Assembly: GCA_024686335.1 (NCBI GenBank)
Contig: JAILCI010000040.1
Coordinates: 73,680-137,679 of the forward strand
Origin: Bacteroidales bacterium
GTDB taxonomy: Bacteria > Bacteroidota > Bacteroidia > Bacteroidales > WCHB1-69
DNA length: 64,000 bases
Direction of reading: 5' to 3'
Each line of letters begins with the position of its first letter. Position 1 is the first letter of the stretch. Below are positions 42,701 to 57,700 of the stretch, piece after piece. The translations under genes were made by a program, and so were the position numbers. The notes beneath the pieces are model-generated. The model was given only the letters and a program-made list of their open reading frames with translations. It was not told where the DNA came from and did not search any database.

Positions 42701-45700
42701 AGCGCGACAACCGTGTGCATCCGTATAGGTAACGGTAACGGTCTTGTTGCCGATGCTGCTCCACTGAGCCTCAACAGAGTTACCGGAACCAGTGTAGGTA
42801 CCATCAGTTCCGACGGTCCAAGCGTAATCATTCTGATCAGCATCTGTTGTCAGCGTCAAGGTGTTATTAGTAGAAGATGTAGAGATACAAACGTTCTCGT
42901 TATTCAACGCCGGAGTAGGAACATTATAAACTGTGATGGTCTTCTTAGCGTGAGACTGACAACCGGTGGCACTGTTCGTAGCCACGAGGGACACTGTCTT
43001 CTCGCCTGCGGATGTCCATACCGCAGTAATGGCGTTGCTGTTAACCGGAGTCGAAGTGATAGAGCCGCCGTCTCCGAGTGTCCATGTATAGGTATAGTCA
43101 GTAGCATTTCCGTTTTCATCGGTAATGCCCAATTCATTCTTGATGAGAGAAGAGTTGACGCAGACATCGTCATTGGAAACGATGTTCGGCACAAGGGTGT
43201 CGTTCACCATAATGGTAGCGATGGTGCGGGTGCTGTCGCCGCAACCGGCTGCATCGTGAACAGTCACCTTATAGACGAAGGTGCCGGCATCGGCAGTGCT
43301 CGGAGTGTAAGTATCGGCATCAGCGCCCTCGATTGCGACGTCATTCTTCAACCATTGGTAAGTATAGGAACCGCTACCGGCATTGGCGGTCACAGCCAAT
43401 GCTGCAACATTCTCCTCGCCCTTACAATAGGTAGCGTCCGGAGAGGTCTCCGCGAGGGTGAGCTGTCCGTAAACCGGAACTGTCACGGTAAAGGTGCTGC
43501 CCACACAGACGTTGCCGGTGGTCGGGGTGACGGTGTAAACAGCATCCTGGGAAGCACTCGTAGTATTGCTGAGTGTACCGTTGACGTTCGCTTGTGCGGT
43601 AGCAGCCGCACCACCTGTGATGTCCGTTACAGCAGGTGCATCCCAAGCATAGGTAGTGGTATAATTCTGGAAGTCTGGTGCATCAGGCGTAGCCGTAAAG
43701 GTAGCACCGCTGCAGATAGTAGGAACCTCAATATCAGAGATATTCTGTGCCGGATACGGACTGTCGAGGGTCACCTCGATGGTAGCGGAAGCGGAACAAC
43801 CCTCCACCAATGAATAGGTAACCGGATCAAAGGATGCTGCCCAAACAGTCACAACATGTTCGCCTGCTGCCAGTCCAGTGTATTCTTTTGTAGTACCAAT
43901 GCCGGGGATCTGCACATGCTCTGTTGCATTATCCAAAGCGATAAAGATATTGTTATTCGCTGACATACCATTCTGATAGGTGGCCGTAATGGTTGCATCG
44001 TTGCCCGTACAGCTCTCTTGAGTAGAGACTAACGTCACCGTCGGGGCGGGTTTCACCGTGATGGTGCCTGTCAAGGTCTGGGTACCGCAACCGGTTACGT
44101 CACCAGCACTCTGGTTGGAGGTGGCGGTGATGATGTACGGATAGGAGGTTCCGGCAGGCGCCGGAGTGGCAGTAGGAGTACCGCTGATAACACCCGTCTC
44201 GGCATCCAAGGTCACACCTTCCGGCAGACCTGTAGCCGTAAGCGTAGCATTGGAGAAGGTCAACACAATATCGTCAATCGGCTGACCGAAACACTTGGTC
44301 TGATTTGCAAGATCTGCATCCTCAAAATCAACGGCAGGATTCGGAAGAACAGTAATGGTAAATGAACATTCAACACCTTCGTATTCCTTGCATTCATCTT
44401 CAGTATAATAAGCTACTGTCGTTTCACCGATAGGATAATGATTTTCAGATGCGTTAAGGGCAACTTCTATATCAGTAAAGTTAGCCGTCGTATTCAGTTC
44501 AGGAACAGTGAAGTTCACACCCGGAATCACTGTTGCGTAGGTTTGTCCTGCATCGCAGCAGAAGACCATGTCGGTCGGGCAGTTCTCCCAAGCGAGTTCA
44601 ACCGGCGAGGCAATGGTCACCGTAGTGGTAGCTTGACAACCGTGAGCATCTGAGGCCGTCACCGTATAGTCACCATACCAGATGCCGCCCTGGGCATTCG
44701 TGCCGGAGGTCGGGTTGGCAGGGACAGAAAGATCCGTAAACACACCTGCCAGATTTTGAGTGGCAGTGGTGTTGATACTGTACTGATACGGGGAAGTGCC
44801 CGTACCCGTTGTCACTTCAACTTTCACACTACCATCAGAACCATTAAAACAGGTCACATTATGGTGTTCGGAGGCCACCTCGGCAACCGTCAGTTTGGCG
44901 GGAACGGTAACATAAATGGTCGTGGTGGAAGAAATGCCGCAGCCGTTGGTGGCCGTCACGACCACAGGCAGATTCTGAACCGCATCCGTCTGCTTGATAG
45001 CCGTTCCGGCTGTCGTGTCCTGACTGTAGCTGATGGCTGAGTTGACACCGCTGCAGTTGGCCGTAGCGACCACCTCACCATCAGTCAGATTCGGGTAGGT
45101 GTAGTAACACCCGTTGGCATCTGAGGTGTGGTCGGCCATAACCGTATTATTCGCAGGCAGCGTCGTGAATGTCGGAGCCACACTGTCGTTCACATGGTAG
45201 GTATAGACCCATTGATGTTCATGATTCTGACAATCCTTATAGGTGTAGGTGTAGGTCACGTTGCCGGTACAACCCGTGAAGTTTTCAGGACTGATAACCA
45301 GACCTGTCGGGGTGAGGATATTATTACAAGCATCCTTCACCACAGGAAGGGTCGGGGCCGTAATGGCACTGTAGCAAGCCACCGTAGAGCCTTGGTTATC
45401 CGGCATGGTAAAGTCTACCGGTTTCACCGTCTCGGTATAAGTCCACGTATAGGCCGTACCGTTCACCGTGTAGTCATAAAGGTAGGTACGCGTACCGCAG
45501 TCCAGGGTAAAGTTATCTTGCGGATAACCTGTACGCAGGGTGAAGTCGATATGGGTGCCGCAAATGCTGAAGTTGGGCACAGGAATATCCGCTGCCGCAA
45601 TCAGCTCGCTCTTACAATTTCTCGTCACCTCCACATTCTCCTCAGGAGTATAAGCGGCAGGATTGACGGTATAGACATAGTACCAATCGCTCACCGCGCC

Positions 45701-48700
45701 GTCACAGGTGGTATAGGTGTAATGGTAGGTCACCGTACCGCTACCGTTTGTGACAGTGCTGACCGGGTTTGGATTCTCTGTCGTGTTGTCCACGAGGACA
45801 GCAGGCACAGCGCGGTCGCAAGCATCGATCAGGGTTTGCGGAGTGGCCGGAGTTACGGCATCGCTCTCACAAACGACGGTGGCTGCACCCGGATCCGGCA
45901 AGGTCAAAGCGGGAGCTTGGATATGATAGGTGTATGTGTAATCCTTCGTGTTGCCATTACAATCACTGTAGGTATAGGTAAAGACCTGATCTCCGTTGCA
46001 AGGCACATTGAAAGTACTTACGTTAAAGTCAATATAATGATTATATTCGATTACCTGACCGCATGCATCCACAATGCTGGTCGGCATCTTGTGACGCAGC
46101 ATATGAGGTGTCTTCACATCAGCAAAACAGTTAACCGTAGTATCCACTGATGTCGGCGGGGTAATCACAATACCGTCTTCTACCGTAACGGTTACATTAC
46201 CGCTGGCGCTGTTCGTACAAACGCCATCCGTGTAAGAAACGATATAAGGATAGGTCGTGTTGCAATCATCAGAAGGAATATCCACCACCTGGGTCTCAGT
46301 ATAGGTGCTGGAAGGATTATTATGGTATTCCACAATCGGAGTGCCGTTGTTGAAGGTCCAGGTCAAGGTGTCCTTATCCGCATAGACGTGAGCAATTACA
46401 GCGCTCAACTCCTGCGTGCCCACATTCGGGCAGACAGTGAAGTCTGCTGGAGTGATGGTCACCTGAGGACGTACCGTAGCATTTACAGTCATCACCAAAG
46501 CAGCATCGTAAGTACAAACGCCATTATGAGCCGTCACGTTGTAGGTCAAGGTGACGGGTTCTTGATTTGCCGTCACGTTCTCCAAGTTGGAACCGTTGAT
46601 CGTGGTCTCGTTGCTTCCGGAAGCAGCCGTATTGCTTACACCATTCTCAATGCTCTGGGTAGGAGCATTCCAAGTGTAAGTGGTGGTACCCGGCGTGCTG
46701 GTCACGGGCTGTACGGCAAAACTACCGCCGGAACAGAGAGGCTTCGGAGTCGGAATACTCGTAATCTCCAAGTTGTTGTCCAAAGTAATTTCAAAATCTT
46801 CCTCAATAGAGCAATCGTTGTTATCCGTGATAGTCACCGTATAGGAGCCCACTTCGAGGGTGCTAATAGAATGAGGTGAAACAGAGGAAGCACTATTAGT
46901 ATAGTCACCTGCACTATAAGTCAATTCACCCGCATATTGGAATGCGTAACCTGTCACGGATGATGGTGTACCACCTGTAACTACCACACTTACCGCACCG
47001 TTGTTGTTGGCACAGGTAGCAGGTGTAGTCGAAATCGTCACATCAAATGCATCGGGTTGCGTTATCACCACATCCTTTGTAGCCGTACACCCGTTTGCAT
47101 CCTTGGCTGTCAGGTGGTGCGTACCAGCTGTCAGTCCAGAGAACGTATATTCACTTCCATACTGTCCAGCATCCACCGTATAGGTGAACGGAGCTGTACC
47201 ACCGACAATGTGATCCACGTCAATCATCGCCTGACCATCATGGCCACCAGGACATGTAACATTTTGATGACCTAACGTATTCTCCACAATGGTGAAGGCA
47301 TCAGGTACCGTCACGACGATGGTCGTGGTAGCCGTATGGTTACAGCCGTCGGTAATCGTTACGGTCACCGGCGTGGTCTCGGAAATGGTTGTACCGGCAG
47401 TCACAGACTGGGTGAGTGTATTTTGCAAAGTAGTCGCTAACGTACAGTTATCTTCAACAGTGTAGGTTATAGCTGTAGTCAGATCAGGCATAGTATAGGT
47501 ACAACCCGTACCACCAGCGGTACTAGCTTGGATAGTTGTCACGCTAGGCGTTATCGTCGGGTTCTCCTCATCTTTCACGGTCACCGTGTTGGTGGTGCTG
47601 GCCTGACAGTTATGAGCTGTTTCCGTCACCTCTACACTCACCGTGTAGGTGGTCGCCGTGCAAGTGTTCGGAATACTCGATAATGTTTGCGTGTTAGTAG
47701 TGCCCTGTTCGGAAGCCGAAGCCGTCCAGCTCAGGGACTCGCAGCTCCAACTGTAGTTGAATGTCGGGTTGTCCGCGTCCTCCAAATCAGCCGTAGCCGT
47801 CAGGGTCGTGCTGCCGGCGTTCGGACAGAGATCTGCCACATCGGCAATCGTAACGGTAGGCAGTGTGTAGACATTCACGGTCTGGGTGGCCGTTGCAGAA
47901 CAACCGTTGCCGTCGCGAGCAGTCACCGTGTATTCCGTAGTCGTAGTCGGGGTGGCTGTCACAGCTGCCGTATTGGTGGCGGAGAGTCCCGTGTTCGGGC
48001 TCCAGGTGAAGGTCATGCCCTCAGTGCCGTTGCCGGAAGTGGCGCTGGCTGTCAGCGTGGTATTGTCGCCCAAGCAGACGCCCTCGGCACCTGCCGTGAT
48101 GGTGACAGCCACAGCATCAGGCTTCTTAACCGTGATGGTCACAGTAGCCTTCTTGCCGCAACCGTCCGTCACCGTCACGACCACATCCTTGGAGGTCTCT
48201 GTAGCGGTGAACTGGGTACCGGCTGCAACACTTTGCGTCACAGCCAAAGTCTGGGTGGTGCAATCGTCAGCCACCGTCACATAGTCGGAGGTGGTCAGGT
48301 TCGGCACCGTATATTTACAGTTACCAATGGAGGTGGCCGTCACAACATTGTTGTTAGCTGCCACAGCGGCGACTGTAGAGATGGTCGGAGTGGTCTCATC
48401 CTTCACGGTCATCGTCTTCGTGGCCGTGGCCTGACAGCCGTAATTGTCGGTAACCGTCAAGTTGATGGCGTAACTGTTGTCACATACCACAGGAACAGCG
48501 GCAGATACTTCGTTGGAAGTATTAGCTGTGGTGGTATTGGCCGGAGTCAGCACTACCCCACCCGTCCAAGCGTACGTATAGTTAGCGGTAGTCGGGGTGG
48601 TGATGTTGGCCGTGATGGCCTGCGTGCCGCTGGCCGGACAAACCGTCGGGATGGTAGCAATAGCAGCCACCGGATTCGGATGTACGGTAATGGTAATCTG

Positions 48701-51700
48701 TTTGGGTGCAGGATCACAAGTCGGATCCGTCTGGTTACTGACGGCTACAATATTATATGTATAGCCATCCTCATTAGCCGTGGCAATGCTACCCGTAATG
48801 GTGGCATTGAAGTCGTCGGTGCGAGTATAGGTCAAACCTTCAGCCAAACTCAGCGTCGCAGGCAATGTGCCGTTCACGCTGGTGAGCGTGATATCTTGGA
48901 TATTGCCGCCGGCGCAGATTTCCTGCGTAAGCGGGGTCACCGTCAGCTGCACGGTCGGGTTCACCTTGATGGTACCGGTGATCGTGACAGGGTCACACTC
49001 CGGGTTGGTCTGGTTGGAGGCGGCTTTGATGGTGTATTCAAACGTACCCGTCTGGGTCGGAGTACCGGAAATGGTCTTCGTCGAAGGGTCGAAGGTCACA
49101 CCCGCGGGCAGCACACCTGCCGACTGGCTGATGGTCGCATTCTGGATATTGAAGACGATAGGCGTCAGGGCAGTGTTGGCACAGAGGTTCTGGTCCTTAG
49201 CACCGGAACCATCCGCCAATGTCAGCACCACATCCGGGTTGACCTTGATGGTAGATGTTGCCGTGTTTTGACAGCCGTTACCGTCAATACCGGTAACCGT
49301 CACTGTATATTCGCCAGCTGCAGCAGCCGCGAAGGTGGCGTTGGCATTGTTCACGGTCAGATACGTGGCAGGATCCCACGTGTAGGTCTGTGCGCCGTTG
49401 GCCATCAATGTGGCGGTGCCGGAAGCACAGATATTGGCGCTGTTCACCGTAACGGTCGGCAACGTATGGTTGCTGATCGTCACCGTGTTGGATTCTGCAT
49501 AACAACCCTCACTGTCGCTTACTTTCACCTTGTAGGTTCCCGTCACAGAGGTAGTATAGCTGGTAGGTTCTGTAGGAGTGATGGTTGTCTCGCCCAACGT
49601 CCAAACGTATGTATAAGTATTGCCATTCTCCAGTGTGCCGCCGTTGGCAGTAGCCGTCAAAGCAGCGTTCTGCTGACCTTCCGGACAGATGGTGGCGTCA
49701 TCGGCAGCCAGGGTCACCGTCGGCATCGGGTTGGCCGTCACCGTGGCACTGACACTGCCCTTACATCCATTGGCATCCGTCACAGTCACCGTATAGGTAC
49801 CGGCAGCACCAACCGTGATAGTCTGATCTTCAGCATTGTTATAGTTCCATTTATATTGGGGGAATCCGCCTGTGGCGGCCAGTGTCGTCGTCTGCTGGCC
49901 TTGGCAGATGCTCAAGTTGGGGGAGGTAATCTCAGGAACCGGCAACGCATTCACCGTGATGGCAACATCGTCGGTAGCGGAACAACCGTTGCTGTTGGTA
50001 CCAGTCACGGTTACAGTGTACTGACCAGCCGTTGCGGAACTGAAGTTGACGCTCGCACCTGTGGTGGCACTCAAGGTCACGCCCTCGGGAGCGGCCCATT
50101 CGTAAGTGGCGCCATTAGAAGCTGTCAACTGCAGCGTGCTGTTGGCACAAACTGTCGTAATCTCGTTGGTGATCTGGATGTTCGGAATGGTATCCAAACT
50201 CAGATGACCCATACCACTGTTCACACAACCATTATTATCGGTTACGGTCACGGTGTAGTCCTGAGCAATGGTCGGGTTAACGATTGTCAAAGTATCGTCT
50301 TTATTGTCATTATCCTGAACCTCAACTCCGGAGACTGTCCACACACAAGTATAAGGTTCAGCGGCCGTCACCGATGCGACAAGCTCTGCGGTACCCTGAC
50401 CGTTACAAACCACGTCGTTGCTGACCGTCACCACCGGCAAGGCGTTCACCGACACCGTGGTGCTCAGGTTGACAGTACAACCATTGCCATCGGTAGCCGT
50501 AACATTATAGGTAGTATTAGCTGTCGGGGTTACGGATATGACGTTATCCGTTATATCGAAAGCCTCACTGGTAGAAGATGACCAATTATAAGTGACTGTG
50601 CCAGAAGCCTGGGACGGTGTCACAGTAATAGTAGTTGCATCAGCACCATAACAGATGGCGTATGGGTCGGTAATCTCTGCCGTGAAGTTGTTGGCCGGGA
50701 TAATCACATTCACATCCTTGTTGGCCGTGTTGCCGCAAGCATCCTTCACCACCACGTTCACTACGATGGTCTGTGCAGAAGTAGTTTGCGTGTAGGAGGT
50801 TCCTGCCGGCACACTCTGGCTTACGAAGGTCACATTATTGCCCGTGTATCCGCATTCACTGTCTTGAGTAGCAGCCAGTACTGTAGCAGAGAGGTTCGGC
50901 ATCTCATATTTACAACTACCTGCAGCTGTAGCAGTAACATCGGCAATAGTGCCAATCACCGGAGCAGCCTCGTCTTTCACCACCACGCTGATCGGTTCAG
51001 CCGTAGCAGTACAACCTTCTGCATCCACAATGTTCAAGTTCACCGTGTAGGTATTGTTACAACCCGTGCCGAAGGAGGCAGTTACCTGAGAGGTGGCGGC
51101 ATTGTCAGTCTGAGCACTCAAGCTCAGACCTGTACTTGCACTCCAGTTGTAAGTGTACGGAGTAGCAGTAGTGGTGGTCACCTCAGCCGTAACGGTTGTG
51201 GAGCCGGCGCTCGGACAAAGCGGGTCAACGGCGTTGATCGCGACTACCGGCAGCGGATTTACCGTAATGGTGGATGTTGCCGTGCTGGTACAGTTGTGGT
51301 CATCGGTACCGGTGACCGTTACCGTGTAGCTACCGGCTTCGGCGCCACTGAAGGTGACGGAAGCACCCGTGGAGGCACTCAGGTAGGTAGATGGTGCCCA
51401 GCTATATAACGGAGAGCTCTGTTCTGCCATATTGGCCGTCAAGGTAGCGGTACCGTCTGCACAGATTTCAGCATTGTTTACTGTAACTTGTACAGGAGTA
51501 TATATATATATTGTACCCGTAGTACTGTTCTGACAGCCGTTGCCATCGGTCACCTCAACCGTGTAGGAGGTCTCTGTGGAAGGAGCAGGCACGGTTAAGG
51601 TAGGACCTGTGGTGGGATTCGTCGCATCATCGTTCCACACATATTGCAATGTACCCGTACCATTTCCCACTGCGGAGAGCGTAGCAGTGCCCTGACCGGA

Positions 51701-54700
51701 ACATACGGTGGTATTGGCAACGTTCACGGTAGGCAACTCGTTAACCACAATGTTCTGGGTCTTCACCACGTAACAGCCGTTGTCGCCCGTCACGGTGACG
51801 GTATAGACCGTAGAGGTGGTCGGCGAAACGGTGGTGGTATTGGTGCTGTTGGTCTCATGTGCCCAAGCGTATGTCGGTGTGCCCGTCACACCCTCGACGC
51901 TGGTCACCGAGATGGTAGAGGATGCACCCTTACAGATCGGGGTGTTGCCGCTGATAGTAGCCGCCAGCGTGTTGGCAGGGATGGTCACATTGACCGTCTG
52001 GGAAACCGTGTTGTGGCAGGCATCCTCCACGACAACCGTCACCGGAATAGTCTGCTCAACAGAAGATTGGTTATAGGAGGTACCCACTGGGACGCTCTGG
52101 CTCACAAAGGCGATATCGCCGTAGCTGCAGTTGTCGTTGGTGACGCGGCTCAAGACAGCCGGAATGTTCAGACTCGGCATCGTGTAGGTACAGTTGGCAG
52201 CCGCCGTTGCGGGGATAGGATCACCCGTTGCAAAGGTCGGAGCGGTGGCATCCTTCACCGTGATGGTGAACGGGGTGGCATTGGCGGAACAGCCGTTGCC
52301 GTCGGTCACCTTCAGGGCGATGGTATAATTGGTATTACAAACATCCGGCACATCGGTAACAGTCACTGTTGAGGATGTTGTCGTGATATCTTGTGTCTGA
52401 TTGGTAAAGAGACCGCCGCCATTCCATTCGTATTTATAGTTCGGAGTAGCGGTAGAGGTCACAGTACCGGTAATGGTCTGGCTGGTAGCGCTCGGGCAAA
52501 CCTCATCGGTAGCACTGATGACCGCTACAGGAATGTCGTTCACCGTGATGGTCTTGCTTGTGCGGGATACACAACCCGTAGTGCCATTAGTCACGGTAAG
52601 GTACACATGTTTCTCGCCCGTGGTAGACCAGGAGGCTGCAAAGTTACGAGTGGTAGCAGAACCGCTGACCGTTCCGTTCTCACCGTTACCCAGTGTCCAC
52701 TGGTAACTGTATCCGGAAGGATCTGTTGCTGTTTCAACCAACTCGAGTGTAGTGTTGTCCAATGAGGTGCTGATACAGATGTCGTCCTCACCGCTGATAA
52801 CCGGCACGATGGTGTCGTTGACGGTAAGAGTATAGGTGCCTGTGGAGGGCATCCAGTCGCCGCAGGTAGCGTTCTTCACTTTACGGATAAAGGTATAAGT
52901 AGCTGTACCAGAGATGTTCTGGGCATAAGAAGTCGCTGGAGTGTAGGTGGATTCACTGTTCGTTCCAGCTGCATCCGAGTAATTATTTCCATTATCAGTA
53001 CTAACCTGCCATAAATATTGGAACTCGCCTTGACCGCCGCTAGGCAGGGTGCCAGCGCCAATAGCAGACGGAGTAGCACCTTCACAGATGGTTTCGCTGC
53101 CACTAATAGCGCCAGCGTTGAGTTCCGGATAGACGGTCAGCACCCAGCTGCCCGTGCTCTGCTCGAACTCGGTGTTACAGGTGCCGTCCTTCGCCTTGCG
53201 GGTGAAGGTATGCGTGCCGGCAACACTAGTGTAGTCACTGTTCGGAGTATATGTTGCACTATTGGTATTATTGATAGCTTCATCATTGTGATACCACTGA
53301 TAGGTTATGTTGCTGTCACCACCAAAAGCGGATGTTGCATTGCCAATCTCTGTAAAACCATCCGTTGCGCCAAAACAGATGCTCTGGCCCGTAGTGGCAA
53401 TAGCACCAGCGGTGAACTGCGGACGGACATTGACCGTACAGGTAGCCGTTGTAGAGCAAGTGGCATCTGCCAAATCGCTAACCGTGACGGTATATTCAGT
53501 CGTAACCGTAGGAGCGACATTGACCGTAGCCTGGCTACCGGCTTCGCTACTCCACACATAGGTATAATTACCACTACCGCCCTGTGCCGTAACCGAGATG
53601 TTTTTATTTCCGCCATAGCAGATAATCTTGTCGGCAGCAGTAGCCGTCAACGCGTCAATATTGTTCACTGTGACAGCGAGATTAGCCGTACAGCCATTAG
53701 CATCGGTGGCAACAACTGTGTAATTACCTGCGGAGAGACCGCTGAAGGTAAGATTAGTTGCTGTTACATTATTAATATTATAGGTATAGGGTGACGTGCC
53801 GCCAGTGGCAGCTGCAATCGTCACAGTGCCGTTGTTACCGTCATGACAGGTCACGGCTGTAGAGCTGTAGGTTGACAAAGCCAAGGTCTCCGGCAATGTA
53901 ACCGTCACCGTCTTTGTGGATGAATTATTGCAGAGGTCTTTTACCGTTACCGTAATGGTGCGGTTATCTGTGGTAACCACCGTATTGGCAGCAGGTGATT
54001 GGGTGATGCTCAGCAAGTTCGTTGCCGTACAGTTGTCTTGGGCCACCACCTGACTTACCACATCGGGGATGAGATAGGTACAGCTGGGCGTCACGCCTTC
54101 ACCGTTGTTCGGCAAAGCCACCACGGTAGCAGGACAGCTCTGGATAGTCGGAGCCGTTTCATCTTTAGAGGTGATGCTGGTTGTAGCCGTATTAGAGGTA
54201 CAACTTCCATCAGTTATTGTAGCACTTACCGCATAGGTGTGACAAATGCCGTCAGATGCTATGTTGAGTGTGGGACCTTCTGCAGATTGGGTCTCACCGC
54301 CATCAATGGTGTAACTCCAAGCATAGGTCGGCAAGGTTAATGTAACGCCACCCGCAACGGAAGCCGTAAAGGTGTAGTTCTGGCCGGAAGCCAGCGGACA
54401 GGTGTTGTTTACAATGTCATGGGTAATCTGCGCTTGCAGAATCGTTTGGGTCGTATTCAACGTTACCGCATAGTTAGCGGTGCGGTTGTTAGTGCCCTCC
54501 ATAATAGCCAGATCCGCAGGAGTGGCCGTATTGGAGGAAGAGGATGAACTATAGGTGTAAACACCGCCCGTAGCCTGGTTGGTCGTTACAGTACCAGCGG
54601 AAATCGTATGGTTGGTCACCAATTCACCTTCCGTCACAGTGGCGCCATTCAAGTTGCTGACCATCTGGTTGCCTGTCCATGCAGCGCACTCTGTCGACGT

Positions 54701-57700
54701 GAGCGTGATAGGACGCGGGGTTACCGTCATGGTGAACTGGCAGGTGTTTTCGCTATATTGCGTGTGAGTAGCTTTCACCGTCACTTGGATAGTGCCGGCA
54801 TCGGTAATGGTCGGCCTAGTTGAACTGAAGTTTTCGCCATCTGTACTATATGATAAGGTATAACCTGTAATAGCATTGTTATCGGCATCCCTTACGGTAA
54901 TTTCATTCGTTGTGAACTCAAGTGCGCTGCCGTCATATACCTTGGTCTTGTCGCCCGGACAGTGGACGGTCATCACGTTCTGTGCCACCGTAAGGGTGCA
55001 GGTCTCGGTCTTGCTCAAGCAATCGCCGAGGTTACCCGTCTTGGAGATAGTTGCAGTCACAATAACTTGGCCTACATTATCGCCGTGAACCGTTACGGAG
55101 GCATCTGTAGAACCAGGTGTAGTTGTAAAGGATGCATTGGTATTGCTCAAGCTCCATGCAATAGTCTCGCCCGTCACAAGCGGACGAACGCTGAGGGTTC
55201 CGTTGGTGTTGTACTGGATAGTGCCGGGGCAGTTGAGTGCCACATCGGCGGGAGCGGTGTTCACGGTCACGTTTACCTGGGCGGAGGCGGTACAGCCATT
55301 CGCGTCCTGTGCGTTCACCGTGAAGGTGTTGGTGCTCTGCGGAGTGTATGAAAAGCTATTGTTAGCTGCAGCATACGTGTCATGACCTGAGATTCCCGGC
55401 CATTGGTATGTGACATCCCCTACTCCATTGGTAGCAGTAGCAGAGAAAGCAACACTTGTGCCTTCACAAACAACCGTAGAAGTAGGAGTAGCCTCCAAGG
55501 TCATCTTGGCAGGAACGGTAATGGTAACCGTCTCAGAAGAAGAAAGGCCACAAGCATTGGTAGCCGTGATAACCACATCATGTGAGGTTGCTGTCGTCCC
55601 TTGTGCTATAGAAGTACCGGCAACAGGACTTTGACTCAATGTATAGTTGGAGCAAGTCTCAGTAACTGACACCACGCCATCTGCCATATAATTGGGAACA
55701 ACATAGGTACAGTTATCGTTGGCAATCGCAGACAATGTAGAGATTGTTCCTATTACAGGAGCCGTTGCATCATTCACTGTCAGCGTCACTGCTTCAGCAG
55801 TAGCGGTACATCCATGATTATCCACGATGGAAACACCGACGCTGTAGCTTTGTCCGCACTGTGTAGGCAAGGTGAAGGTAGCGGTGTTATCTTGCGTAGC
55901 ATTGGGGGTAAGGTTTCCACTCCATGTGTATATGTAAGAGTTAGCTCCACTAGCCGTAGCATCAAGTGTTATATCACCAGTGTTAGGGCAATACGGATTC
56001 TGCAATTGAGTAGTGATGCTTACTGTCGGAGTTTCATGAACAGTAAGGGTATAGGTCTCAGCAGTATAGATACCGGTGGTATTACATGTCTCGTCTTTCG
56101 CCAGACGTTTAAAGATATAGGTACCGGCGGTATTGGTATAGGCTGATGTAGGAGTATAGTTGAGCTGGTCATTGGTGCCATCCGCTGCAACGAATGCACC
56201 GTTTTCACCGGTATTCACCTGCCACTGGTAGGTAATGGTACCGTTACCGCCAGCGGCTTGCACACTGTTGAGGATAGCAGATGCCGTAGCGCCTTTACAG
56301 ATCTCCTGACCGGCATTGTTAATGCTACCGGGTGTCATCTGCGGATATACGGTCAGCACCCAGCTGCCCGTACTCTGCACAAAGTCGGTGTTACAGAGGC
56401 CGTCATGTGCCTTGCGGGTGAAGGTGTGGGTACCGGCGGTGGTAGTATAGTTGGCAGCATCAGGTGTAAATGTAGCATCTGTTGCGTCCTCAATTTCCAC
56501 ATCGTTATGATACCATTGATAGGTAATGTTTTCGTCACCACCAGAAGCATCAGTAGTGCTACCTATTGCTGTAAGAGAGGTTGCACCGTAGCAGACAGAT
56601 TGACCCGTAGTAGCGATAGCGCCGGCGGTGAACTGCGGACGGACGGTAACCGTGCAAGTCTTCACAATAGGTTCGGTAGTACAATTACCAACAGTAGCGG
56701 TAACAGATACCGTATAAACATGCTCACCCGCCGTGAGGTTGCTCGGCGTAGTATAGTTTGCAGCAGTACCTACAGTATTGTCTTCAGCATCTTTCCAAAC
56801 GAAAGTCAAATCTCCATTGACATCAGAGGTGACTGTCTCAAACGTATGAGTTGTACCATAACAGATGGTCTCCGAAGCAATGTCTGCAACTGAGACTTGC
56901 GGGTCATTGACAGTGACAGTGACAGTTGCCGTATCCGTAGCTGTACAAGCATCGTCACCCGTGCCTACAGTAGCCGTGGCCACAACCGTATATGTACCAG
57001 CTTCTGTAACATCACTAAGGGTAGAGCCTGTGGATAGAGGTGTCCCCGTGGTAGCATCACCGCTATACCACTGATAGGTTACCTCACCCGTGAAACTCTG
57101 GGTGGTAACAGTGAGATCCGTTGAACTGCCAGCGCAAATGGTCTGGTTTGTCATATCATTCAACTCAACAGCAGGAGCATAGATGGTGATGGTTCCTGTG
57201 GCTGACTGCTGAGGACAACCATACTGACTGAAAGCCATAACGGTATAGTTATAGACACCAGACACCGTAGGCGTACCACTGATGATGCCATTACTCAAGC
57301 TAACGCCTGTGGGCAGACCATTAGCAATCATATTGTTGGAAGGAACATTGGTCTCAATATTAATATCTTCAATAGCATTTTTGAAACATACAATCTGGGT
57401 GGCCTTCTCGCCAAGATTTAATGTGACTTGAGGGTTGATCGTGATTTTAACAGAATCTCTACTTACACATCCCTTCGCATCTGTCACGGTCACATGATAG
57501 GTTGTGGTTCCCGTAGGAGTAACCATAACAATTGCAGAGGTAGAAGAGGACGGATCATCCCAAACATATTCATAACTTCCATTGCCACCATTGGCAGAGA
57601 CAAAGATAGTAGTAGTGTTACCTGCACAAATGGCAGCATCTGGTGTCACCTGAGTAGTGAGATTTAACGACGGTTCATTAACCGTAACCGTAGCCGTAGT

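Noticed and set aside
47687-50581. 964-aa plus-strand ORF, and others such as 39242-40978, 42680-43813 and 45128-46150
   Set aside because: Antisense shadows of the Thr/Val/Asp-rich giant gene. They are Arg/His/Gly-rich with no motifs and reflect codon bias that avoids antisense stops.
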